A stretch of DNA of 64,000 nucleotides. Origin: a candidate division FCPU426 bacterium. Its GTDB lineage: Bacteria; Oederibacteriota; PGYV01; Palsa-1178. Location: the NCBI GenBank assembly GCA_963840035.1, contig CAWIXE010000002.1:781685-845684 (forward strand). Reading direction: 5' to 3'. Below, piece by piece: positions 11,001 to 18,577 of this stretch (the stretch's first letter is position 1; every line of letters starts with the position of its first letter). A program made the position numbers and the translations under genes. The notes beneath the pieces were generated by a model. That model saw only the letters and a program-made list of their open reading frames with translations, searched no databases and had not been told where the DNA came from.

Positions 11001-11339
11001 GGAAAAGTATTTCAAAACCTCGTCGGCGTTGGTTACCTGCTTTTTCTTGGCTGAATTGAAAAAGAACTTGTCCCAGCGTTCGTTGAACTTAAAGCCTTTA
11101 TCACGGAAGAAATAACTGCTTAAAAAGTTTATCTGCTCCCGCGGCGAGTCAGCCTTGTTTAATTCCGGACGGAATTCCTTTACCATGGAGTTAATCATTT
11201 CGGCGCACAGGTCCTGGTCAAAATCATTTTCCATCAGGCCAAAAAGGCCGAAAATAGTCTTGTTTAATTCGAACGAATGGGCGTCGTCCGGAAATATCCT
11301 GTTAAGCTTTTCTGAAAATGTTTCTTCGTTTTTTTGCAT
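8061..11339 (-). CDS. large TPR-repeat protein with N-terminal transglutaminase-like (SirB1/YchA-type) module
   Basis: 1092 aa. N-terminal GVCITLSLIYLLIADAVYMPVYGSVAPGHFFLRY block, followed by more than 20 TPR units. Confidence 0.85.
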   Translation of the reverse strand: MQKNEETFSEKLNRIFPDDAHSFELNKTIFGLFGLMENDFDQDLCAEMINSMVKEFRPELNKADSPREQINFLSSYFFRDKGFKFNERWDKFFFNSAKKKQVTNADEVLKYFSIYRVMKEKEGVCITLSLIYLLIADAVYMPVYGSVAPGHFFLRYDDGSTKININMRDKGVQHPFTQAPREEIIYKRTLEHINTAGILLTQMARFFEGTGSHENAIDLLNKSIRINPGYSETFSLLGQIYYDLDRLKDAENAFKKAVDISPMNADAWYLLGHIYTKEGKSEEAKEAFSRAIGANPGHDDAYYSIGLMYYNNKEYDKAESFFRDAIEKNPAHSESYSTLAMIYYDNKKFSEAGEIYKKLLANDPAHAQAWYNLGLIARSEGRNEDAEEYFLKTTEYAKDNYNAWYNLGVARYTIKKFAESAAALKKLSEIKPGFSRVNYALGMAYYNMGQKAEAEASFKKELSLDAANSRAYYALAGIYFEQENYAEAAKNYEKAVKTEPAYKDAYLRLGVTLMKEKKYTNAGHQFDEVMKLDPADKTAPYEKGLCLLELKQYPESEEAFKKTIELDRMNLDAMYRMALSIYAQGRDDDAIKTLKKLVLINPNHTEALDLFISGCLKSGRDKEAQETLSRILTANPNNLRARYDLALFFFKHNVYSQAETECKAILSAEAENGRALSLLGLIYSRQGNVAEAETYLKRGTELNPEDPQALHNYGTFLLQKSMYAEAEPLLEKAAGLDSGNAETWYSLGACFLQSGQTDKSEECYRKSISINPSNAEAHAGLAVAIQKSGPSREKETEAELKKAVELEPDNLNVHLNLGQIYYNRGDFNNAEKEYQRILELKPDSAEAYDQLAQLYYNNGSFETASETFKKACVLKPNDVKIMHNCASSLMKAGKKDEAEAAYLNILEMFPDDYKAHFSLYTFYTAVKRPEKAIDELKKLSGLKPDDTTLKYSLASALYEARRFDESSALLLAMLEKQESNPAIYSLLGNICFRLVKYDDAKEYFRKAIALKPGDYKLHLSLGEIYHDETRYDVAEKEFKKALDLNPGHAETHMRIGFLFHEQNKHKEAEKAFAKALELKPELSKTIEEKKNR

Positions 11340-12380
11340 TTATTTTTTCCTTTTACGGTTTAGTTCTTCCAGCGCGGCGGCGGCAAGCCGGTTATTCGGG
11401 TCAATGTTAAGCGCCTTTTCCAGGTTGTTTTCAGCCAGCAGCCAGCGCCCCTGCTCTGTATAAAGCGACGCCAGGTTTACATATCCGTTTGAGTAATTTG
11501 GGAAGAGGCGCAGCGACTCGGTAAATTCCGCCTCGGCCTTTTCATATTGTTTTTTTTGGTCGTATATCAGCCCCAGGTTGTTATGCGTTTCCGGGAAATC
11601 CGGCAGCATTTCAATTGATTTCTCAAGCATTATTTCGGCTTTTGGGATGGCGCCGGTGCGCATCAGCAGAATTCCCATATTATTTAAAGCCGCTGCTACC
11701 GTGTCGTAGCGCGACAGGGGTTTGTTATAAATAACTTTTGACGCGTCTATGAAGCCTGTGTTTGTTAATTCCTTATAGCCATAGTACTCGACTCCGCCGA
11801 AAGTGGTCTCGGAGTTTATGCCGGAGTGGCCCGGTTCCTGGTAGCGCACAAAAATATGGCCCGGAACAAGCACTCCGTATATCGGCAGTTTAAGTTTATC
11901 CGCTATCATCAGGTATATAAGCGACAGCGAAAGGCAAATGCCCTGCCTGCGTTCCAGGACGCGCGGTATGGAGTTGAAATTGAGAAAATCATCGGCCGAT
12001 ATGGCTGCAAGTTCGCTGCCGGACATAAAAGCGTTCGCTTTTTCATCAAAACGGAACCCTTTATCTTTAAATATGAAATTATTGATGTTATTCATTACCG
12101 CGTCAGCGCGTATGTCGTCCATTATTACGGGCTTCAATTCAGCTGTCATTGCCGATATTTCGTCAGATGCCTTCTTATAATCGGATTCCGGATCTATGAT
12201 GGACGAAAGGCCCAGAACTACGGAAGTAAAGTCAAAGTTGTCTTTATCCTTTGGCAGGACGTTTTCCAGCTGTTCCCTGAACCGGCGTTCTTCTTTTAGT
12301 GAAGACCCGCTGTTAAGCCACCAGCTCATTAACAAAAAACCGGCCAGTATACCGATTATGAATTTTAAAGTTTTTGACAT
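11340..12380 (-). CDS. SirB1/YchA-like transglutaminase-fold plus TPR protein (paralog of downstream gene)
   Basis: 346 aa. TM/signal N-terminus, then GICLSLSLIYLMIADKLKLPIYGVLVPGHIFVRY and C-terminal TPRs. Its stop abuts the start of the 1092-aa paralog. Confidence 0.8.
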   Translation of the reverse strand: MSKTLKFIIGILAGFLLMSWWLNSGSSLKEERRFREQLENVLPKDKDNFDFTSVVLGLSSIIDPESDYKKASDEISAMTAELKPVIMDDIRADAVMNNINNFIFKDKGFRFDEKANAFMSGSELAAISADDFLNFNSIPRVLERRQGICLSLSLIYLMIADKLKLPIYGVLVPGHIFVRYQEPGHSGINSETTFGGVEYYGYKELTNTGFIDASKVIYNKPLSRYDTVAAALNNMGILLMRTGAIPKAEIMLEKSIEMLPDFPETHNNLGLIYDQKKQYEKAEAEFTESLRLFPNYSNGYVNLASLYTEQGRWLLAENNLEKALNIDPNNRLAAAALEELNRKRKK

Positions 12381-12460
12381 TTCCCCTCCGGAAACGAAAA
12401 AATATGATTTCTAATTATATAAGTACTTTTCTTGTTCTTATATTATCCACCCACTACCCG

Positions 12461-12903
12461 CTATTCAATCCGTATTTTCTTTATCTTCGCGCCTTTATAA
12501 TAATACCGCAGTATCTCGTCGTAATACCTGCCTTCGTCAGCCATCTGACGGGCGCCTTCCTGGGACATGCCCACGCCGTGGCCCCAGCCTTTACCGGTGA
12601 AGTAAAACATGTCCCCGCGCTTCTGGACCTCAAAATTAGTCGACTTGAGCTGGTCAACTCCTATGTAGGCGCGCAGGTCCTTGCCTTTTATTGGGGCGTC
12701 CCTGTTTACCCCGTGTATTATTGCGTTCTTTACCCTGTCGCTTGACGTCCTTTCAGTCACGCTTATGTCGTTTATGTATCCCGTATCCAGCCCGTTTTTG
12801 GCAAAGAGTTTGCCCAGCTTATCAGCGTCAATGGAATACTCCCATTTGAACTTTTTAGCGTTGGTGCTGTACGGGTCATCCACGCCCTGCAGATAGGTCA
12901 TGT
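12461..12903 (-). pseudogene. SpoIID/LytB-family protein, C-terminal fragment after frameshift
   Basis: The frame carries DMTYLQGVDDPYS...GKGWGHGVGMSQEGARQMADEGRYYDEILRYYY, the SpoIID C-terminal signature. The upstream part of track ORF 12461..13012 is out-of-frame overlap. Confidence 0.8.
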
Positions 12904-13685
12904 CTGCCTCCCCACACTTCCTCTGATGACGCGGTCCTCCCGCCTGAATTGGCGTGAAAAAATGCCTGTATGACTTCGCCGTTGTATGAAAGCACCTCTC
13001 CGGCTGTTTCATCTATGGCGCTGTTTGTCGGCGCGGCTTCGACGTCCCTGCCGCTATACACTTGAGAAGCGACTGAACAATCCAGGTCATATTCAGGGGT
13101 TTTATTCTTGAGCCTGTTATATATGGCAAAAGACCTTGCCGCTACCGCCTGCGCTTTTAAAACTTCCTTTTCCCAGCTGTAGGATACTTCCGAAGGAAGC
13201 ACACCGTAAAGGTATTGTTCAAGTTCCAGCTTGTTTACCAGCATTAATGTGCCGCTTTTTAGAAAAACCATGAAAGAACCGCGGTATGATTTTTTATTAA
13301 AGACGAGGTATCCGTCTTTACATGTAATTTCGAGTAATTTTTTACCGGTGTCGTCCCCGTTAATTGATATGAAGCCATCAGGCAGCGCGGTAATGACGAA
13401 CTTCTTCCCTTCAGCCACGGATGAATCGGCAATTGATGCCTGTCCGCTGGAGGAAACTCCAAGAGGGCCTGATGATTTGGCGAGAAGGACTTTAACCATT
13501 ATGACTTTTGAGTGTTCGTCCGGCTGCTCCGAAGCGTTATAGGTTTTGACTTCCTTGGATTTGAGTTCTTCTTTTGTTATTTTGACAGTTCTTCCTGTGC
13601 CCAGGTTTCTTGTAGACATGGAAACGCATGAAGTAAGCATGGCCAGAGCGCAGGCTGAAACAATCAGGATTGAAGGCCTGTTCAT
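12876..13685 (-). pseudogene. SpoIID/LytB-family protein, N-terminal fragment before frameshift
   Basis: Signal/lipobox N-terminus. YLYGVLPSEVSYSWEKEVLKAQAVAARSFA and FHANSGGRTASSEEVWGG are SpoIID motifs. The frame terminates 9 codons after WGG. Confidence 0.8.
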
Positions 13686-13897
13686 TTTTTGCCCACAAAA
13701 TAGAAGATAACGGACAGTATAATACTGATTATTATGGAAGTGGTTATGGGAAAGTAAAATGAGGTGTTTCCGTTTTCTATGCGTATGTCGCCGGGCAGCT
13801 TTCCCAGCGGAATCCCCTTGAAGAAAACAAGAACCACGCCGGCGATAATAAGCAGCGCGCCGAGCGCTATGAGGAATTTGCCGGTTTGTTCTGGCAT
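13682..13897 (-). CDS. DUF2905-family small membrane protein
   Basis: 71 aa, two TM helices, LPGDIRIE..N.SFYFPI motif typical of DUF2905. Confidence 0.7.
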   Translation of the reverse strand: MPEQTGKFLIALGALLIIAGVVLVFFKGIPLGKLPGDIRIENGNTSFYFPITTSIIISIILSVIFYFVGKK

Positions 13898-13898
13898 G

Positions 13899-15602
13899 TT
13901 ATCCGGCTGTCGCTGAAATAACTTCGTCTATGGTTGTCATGCCGCGCAGCATTTTTGCCACGGCAGACTGGCGAAGCGATCTCATTCCGCTTTTTAAAGC
14001 CATTTCCTTTATGACAGTGGCGTCAGAGCCTTTTAATATGGTCTTTTTCAGATCATCGCCGATTTCCATGAGCTCATATATGGCGACCCTGCCTTTATAA
14101 CCCGAGCCGTTGCATGTCGGGCAACCCTGGCCTTTCATGAACGTGGCGCCCTTTGCCATCTCAGCTGTAATGCCGACAGATTCCAGAAGTTCAGGCGTAA
14201 GCTGGATTGGCTGTCCGCAATCCCTGCAGACCTTTCTTACAAGCCTCTGGGCGAGTACGAGTATTACGGCAGAGCCGATATAGAAAGGCTCTATGCCCAT
14301 GTCTTCGAGCCTGCTTATGGTCGTGGGCGCGTCATTTGTGTGAAGCGTGGATATTACAAGGTGGCCGGTTAAGGCGGCTTTTATGGCGATCTCGGCTGTT
14401 TCCTGGTCCCTGATTTCTCCGACCATTATTACATCCGGGTCCTGCCTTAAGAAAGAGCGCAGCGTGCTGGCGAAGGTGAGTTCGGCCTCCGGGTTCATCT
14501 GCACCTGGTTGATGTTTGGAAGGTTATATTCGACCGGGTCTTCTGCGGTCATGATATTTATGTCCGGGCTGTTTATGGTGGAAAGCGCCGAATAAAGCGT
14601 GGTAGTCTTACCGCTTCCCGTGGGCCCCGTTACAAGCAATATGCCGTAGGGCGCGTTAATGGCTTTCTGGAATTTTGTAAGTTCTTCCGGCTCAAAGCCG
14701 AGTTTTGTCAGGTCGAGCTGGAGGTTGGTCTGGTCCAAAATACGCATGACTATCTTTTCGCCCCAGACTGTCGGCAGCGTCGATACGCGCAGGTCAATGG
14801 TGCGGTCCTTTACTTTTATCTTGATCCTGCCGTCCTGAGGTTTTCTTTTCTCAATGATATCAAGGCGCGCCATAACTTTATAGCGCGATGTTAATGCCCT
14901 TTTATATGACACTGGCGGAGATGGCTGTTCTATGAGCGAGCCGTCTATCCTGTAGCGTATTTTTATCTCTTTTTCAAATGGTTCGACATGGATATCAGAG
15001 GCGCCCTTACCCACGGCGTCGGCAATGAGTGAGTTACAAAGCCTGATAACAGGCGCTTCATCCACGGATTCAGAGTCTTCAGCCTGTTGCTGCTGGTCCT
15101 TTAGAATCTCAAGTTCGTCTTCCCCTGAACCGGACATTTCTTTAAGCGTTTCGGCTGTTGCGCTTTTGTCCTCTTTTTTCATTCCCTGGTCTATTGCAAG
15201 TTTGATATATGATTCAGGCGCCATGCCGAGTTCCACTTCAGCGCCGCCTTTGAACTTGAATTCTTTCATGAAAGAGGAAAGCTCAGGGTGCATGGGATCG
15301 GCGCACGCGAATATGATGGCGCTGCCTTCCCTGCGTATCGGGAAAATGCTGAGGGCTTCAGCTTTGGAACGAGGTATTATTGAAAGCAATGTGGGGTCGA
15401 CTTCCACGGCCATTAAGTCTATATAATCAACTCCGTAATGGTTGGCGAGCCGCTTTGTTATCTCTTCCTCGTCAGCCCCCAAAAGAGCGAGGTTAAATCC
15501 CACACCCGATTTATTCTGAGCCTGCATTTCTTTGGCTTTGTCATACATTTCATCGGAGATAAGCCCGTCGTCGATAAGTTTTTTCCAGATGCCGGTCGCC
15601 AT
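13899..15602 (-). CDS. GspE/PilB-family type II secretion / type IV pilus assembly ATPase
   Basis: 567 aa. Walker A GPTGSGKTTTLYS, Asp/His boxes, tetracysteine CRDCG...CPTCNGSGYKGR, N-terminal T2SSE_N-like domain. No other pilus genes are adjacent. Confidence 0.9.
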   Translation of the reverse strand: MATGIWKKLIDDGLISDEMYDKAKEMQAQNKSGVGFNLALLGADEEEITKRLANHYGVDYIDLMAVEVDPTLLSIIPRSKAEALSIFPIRREGSAIIFACADPMHPELSSFMKEFKFKGGAEVELGMAPESYIKLAIDQGMKKEDKSATAETLKEMSGSGEDELEILKDQQQQAEDSESVDEAPVIRLCNSLIADAVGKGASDIHVEPFEKEIKIRYRIDGSLIEQPSPPVSYKRALTSRYKVMARLDIIEKRKPQDGRIKIKVKDRTIDLRVSTLPTVWGEKIVMRILDQTNLQLDLTKLGFEPEELTKFQKAINAPYGILLVTGPTGSGKTTTLYSALSTINSPDINIMTAEDPVEYNLPNINQVQMNPEAELTFASTLRSFLRQDPDVIMVGEIRDQETAEIAIKAALTGHLVISTLHTNDAPTTISRLEDMGIEPFYIGSAVILVLAQRLVRKVCRDCGQPIQLTPELLESVGITAEMAKGATFMKGQGCPTCNGSGYKGRVAIYELMEIGDDLKKTILKGSDATVIKEMALKSGMRSLRQSAVAKMLRGMTTIDEVISATAG

Positions 15603-15783
15603 GAAGCCTCCTCAAGGTTGATACTTGGTGAAGTCAAATGTCAAAAGTCAAAACTCAAAAGTGGAACTTGAAGTCAAAATCCCCAGAAACAATTATAAAT
15701 GGCAAATCGTAAATATATTAGTATTATATAAGGTTTTTAGGTGAAAGTAAAGTGCGATATAATTGGTGGTATTGTATATAATA

Positions 15784-15952
15784 GTGTGTAAATTCATTTT
15801 GGCCGTAAAATATGTTTGTTTCCATTATAAACGACTTCCCCCTCTCCTCTTAGGAGAGGGGCCGGGGTGAGGTGAAACCAATTGGTTTGTTCCCCTCACC
15901 CTACCCTCTCCCAAGGGGAGAGGGAAAAAAGAACAAAACAATTTACACACAA
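15784..15952. repeat. ~170-bp imperfect palindrome centred on AACCAATTGGTT, with nested CCCTCTCC/GGAGAGGG hairpins
   Basis: Outer arms TGTGTAAATT/AATTTACACA, then GTTTGTTTC/GAACAAAAC. Inner hairpins CCCCTCTCCTCTTAGGAGAGGGG, GGGGTGAGG...CCTCACCC and CCCTCTCCCAAGGGGAGAGGG. Confidence 0.8.
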
Positions 15953-16077
15953 TTCTTGACAATATCATAATTGGTTCGATATTTTTGATTTTCGCAGTGG
16001 CGAGCCGGCTTGCGCGTTGAGCAACAGCGAAAACGTGTGGCTCGTCAGGGTTTATGGTTTGTTTGATTTTGCCTTTC

Positions 16078-16102
16078 GTAGAGCCGCCGCTTGCTGCGGC
16101 TC
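16078..16102. repeat. 25-nt hairpin element GTAGAGCCGCCGCTTGCTGCGGCTC
   Basis: Perfect reverse complement of 16549-16573. Itself a GAGCCGC/GCGGCTC hairpin. Lies ~27 nt downstream of the lipoprotein gene stop. Confidence 0.85.
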
Positions 16103-16128
16103 AGACGAGGTCTTAACTTATCGCGGAT

Positions 16129-16536
16129 TTAGTAGTTGTTGGTTTTATTTCTTTCCAGTTTTTCGTAAATCTTTTCCTTTTTCATCTGCACTTCGTTTTC
16201 CCTTATTCTTCTGTATTCGGATAAGATTTTAGCGTCTGTTTCCCATTCGAAATCAGAAATTAAGTATGTGATTATAGCGGTTAATCCAAATCCTGCGGCT
16301 GTTAAGGCTAAAAATGTTGGCTTCAATTCTTCTGGTGCGGCCATAGTGATTCCCGAACCAATAACACCGACGCTAATTGCAAACATACTGGAAAACATTG
16401 CTTGTTGTTGTGTTTTTTGTGTAATGATTTCTTCCTGGTACTTTTTATCCATGTTGTAATAGCTTGTAGGCAAATGTGCGCAGCCTGACAATAATAAAAT
16501 TGTTGTAATAGTTATTGCGTGTTTTAAGATTTTCAT
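16129..16536 (-). CDS. hypothetical lipoprotein with two internal hydrophobic helices
   Basis: Start chosen at MKILKHAITITTILLLSGC (lipobox LSGC) with a GGGGA SD. No recognisable family. Confidence 0.6.
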   Translation of the reverse strand: MKILKHAITITTILLLSGCAHLPTSYYNMDKKYQEEIITQKTQQQAMFSSMFAISVGVIGSGITMAAPEELKPTFLALTAAGFGLTAIITYLISDFEWETDAKILSEYRRIRENEVQMKKEKIYEKLERNKTNNY

Positions 16537-16548
16537 CGTTTCCCCATT

Positions 16549-16573
16549 GAGCCGCAGCAAGCGGCGGCTCTAC
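16549..16573. repeat. 25-nt hairpin element, inverted copy of 16078-16102
   Basis: GAGCCGCAGCAAGCGGCGGCTCTAC. Sits immediately upstream of the lipoprotein gene RBS. Confidence 0.85.
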
Positions 16574-16657
16574 AAAAACGTTTTGTTTTGAATTGTCAAT
16601 CGACAATCGTTAATAAATGCAGTTAATTGAAAATTGAAAATATAAAATTGAAAATTA

Positions 16658-18577
16658 TCACTTTTTCCACGTAAACCATACATTCCCCGGCCCTGCCACC
16701 TGTTCGAGCTGGTGGATTACGTCTTCGGTCACGTTTATTCTGCTTTCCTCGCTTAGCGTCATGTCAACTTCCTTGTTGTCCCTGGTCATGACGTGCATTA
16801 TTACCGTTGATTCGCCCTTGTTGCGGGCTATTATGTTGTTTATTTCCTTGGCTGTGGTTTCTTCCAGGCCTATTTCGCGCAGTTTGATGTGCACGTATTT
16901 TCCCAGCGTGTGGTAGGCTTCTTTCATGGGGATTACACTTTCTAAAAACATTATGGCGTCGTCTCCGTAGAAGTTTGCCCTGGCTTTTATCATGAAGACG
17001 GCGTTTTCCTCAAAGACCGGTTTTTCTTTGCGCGTCTTTTCGCTCACTATGACTTCGATTTTATCCGTTAAATCTTCGAGTATGAAGTGGAGCGTTTCCT
17101 CGCCTTTTGAGTTTATCTTGTTCTGCAGATCGTGGATGATGCCGCCTGTTATGACAAATCCGGCTGACGGTCCCTCGCCTTTTTTGATTTCCTTGATGGT
17201 TGTTGAAACGTTCGCCAGCAGTTTCTGGTATTTCATCAGCGGGTGCGTGGATATGTATGTGCCGAGCACTTCTCGCTCAAAGGTCAGGCGCTGGCTCTCG
17301 GGCCATTCGCCAACGTCCGGCATCTGTACTTTTTCATCGGAAACTTCAAAAAGGCTGAACTGCCCTATTGCGGCGTCCTTCTGGAAACCTTCCGCTTTTT
17401 TCATGGCAAGCGGTACGGCGGCGTACAGGCTTGCCCGGTCCTGGTAAATGGTATCAAACGCGCCGGCTTTAACGAGCGACTCTATGGTTTTTGAATTTAC
17501 TATCCTGCCGTTTATCCTCCGGCAGAAGTCAAAAATGTCTGTGTAATCCCCTTTTTCTTTGCGTTCCCTGGCTATTTCCTCGGCGGCGCCGACGCCTACA
17601 TTCTTAATGGCGGCAAGGGCGTATCTTATCATGCCGCGCTCGACTGAAAACTCAGCTTCGCTTTTATTAACGTCAGGCGGAAGTATTTTTACGCCATTGT
17701 TCCTGCAGTCGTCCACGTAAAATGACGACTTGTCTATGCTTCCCATGATGCTTGTCAAAAGCGCGGCCATGTATTCGCCGGTAAAATGCGTTTTTAAGTA
17801 TGCCGTCTGATATGCCAGAACCGCGTAAGCGGCCGCGTGTGATTTATTGAAGCCGTACTGCGAGAACTGGTTGAGCTTTTCAAAGAGTTCCTCTGCCTTG
17901 TCCTCGGGTATGTTGTTCTTTTCCTTCGCGCCTTTTACGAATTCCACGCGTATCTTTTTCATTTCCTTTTCTTTTTTCTTTGACATGGCCCTTCTGAGAT
18001 TGTCAGCTTTTGTCACGGTAAAGCCCGCCACTTCAACGGCTATCTGCATTACCTGCTCCTGATAAACGGCAATGCCGTATGTTTCCTTTAAGACCTTTTC
18101 CAGTATGGGAAAGTCATACGTGACCGGCAGTAACCCCTTTTTACGCTTGATAAACTCATCTATGTACTTCATGGGCCCGGGCCTGAAAAGCGATATGATG
18201 GCTATAATATCCTCAAAAACAGTGGGTTTCATCTTGGTCAGAATGTCCCTCATGCCCTCGCTTTCAAGCTGAAACACGCCCTGGGTGTTACCCGCTGATA
18301 AGAGGTCATATATTTTCGGGTCCGTATAATCGTCTTCTTTTAGGGTTATGACAACCCCGGTATTCTTTTTGACCAGTTCAATTGTCTTTTTAATAACGGT
18401 AAGGTTGCGCAATCCCAGGATATCGAACTTTATAATGCCGATCTTTTCAAGGGACTCCATCTGGTACTGTGTCATGTATCCCAGCGTGGATGTGCCGTCA
18501 GCTTCCACATCGCGCGGAACCGCGAGCGGAACGAAATCAGTGAGCGCCGTTGGCGCGATGGCGACCCCGGCTCGCAT
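16658..18577 (-). CDS. dnaE: DNA polymerase III alpha subunit DnaE, C-terminal part (frameshift-separated)
   Basis: 639 aa: ...AGVAIAPTALTDFVPL..., fingers/thumb and beta-binding region, HhH (GVGAAEEI), OB-fold tail. Confidence 0.9.
   Translation of the reverse strand: MRAGVAIAPTALTDFVPLAVPRDVEADGTSTLGYMTQYQMESLEKIGIIKFDILGLRNLTVIKKTIELVKKNTGVVITLKEDDYTDPKIYDLLSAGNTQGVFQLESEGMRDILTKMKPTVFEDIIAIISLFRPGPMKYIDEFIKRKKGLLPVTYDFPILEKVLKETYGIAVYQEQVMQIAVEVAGFTVTKADNLRRAMSKKKEKEMKKIRVEFVKGAKEKNNIPEDKAEELFEKLNQFSQYGFNKSHAAAYAVLAYQTAYLKTHFTGEYMAALLTSIMGSIDKSSFYVDDCRNNGVKILPPDVNKSEAEFSVERGMIRYALAAIKNVGVGAAEEIARERKEKGDYTDIFDFCRRINGRIVNSKTIESLVKAGAFDTIYQDRASLYAAVPLAMKKAEGFQKDAAIGQFSLFEVSDEKVQMPDVGEWPESQRLTFEREVLGTYISTHPLMKYQKLLANVSTTIKEIKKGEGPSAGFVITGGIIHDLQNKINSKGEETLHFILEDLTDKIEVIVSEKTRKEKPVFEENAVFMIKARANFYGDDAIMFLESVIPMKEAYHTLGKYVHIKLREIGLEETTAKEINNIIARNKGESTVIMHVMTRDNKEVDMTLSEESRINVTEDVIHQLEQVAGPGNVWFTWKK

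Noticed and set aside
15838-15932. Possible small ORF encoding a PLSPLGERG-like peptide across the GC-rich hairpins.
   Set aside because: The sequence is palindromic repeat DNA. Such elements are often mis-called as hypothetical proteins, and there is no start or SD context.
18537-18577. Programmed frameshift or intein boundary in dnaE.
   Set aside because: There is no slippery heptamer and no intein-like insertion or Cys/Ser-His-Asn boundaries. Deleting one base restores the contiguous HAAGV motif, so a plain indel is the simplest explanation.
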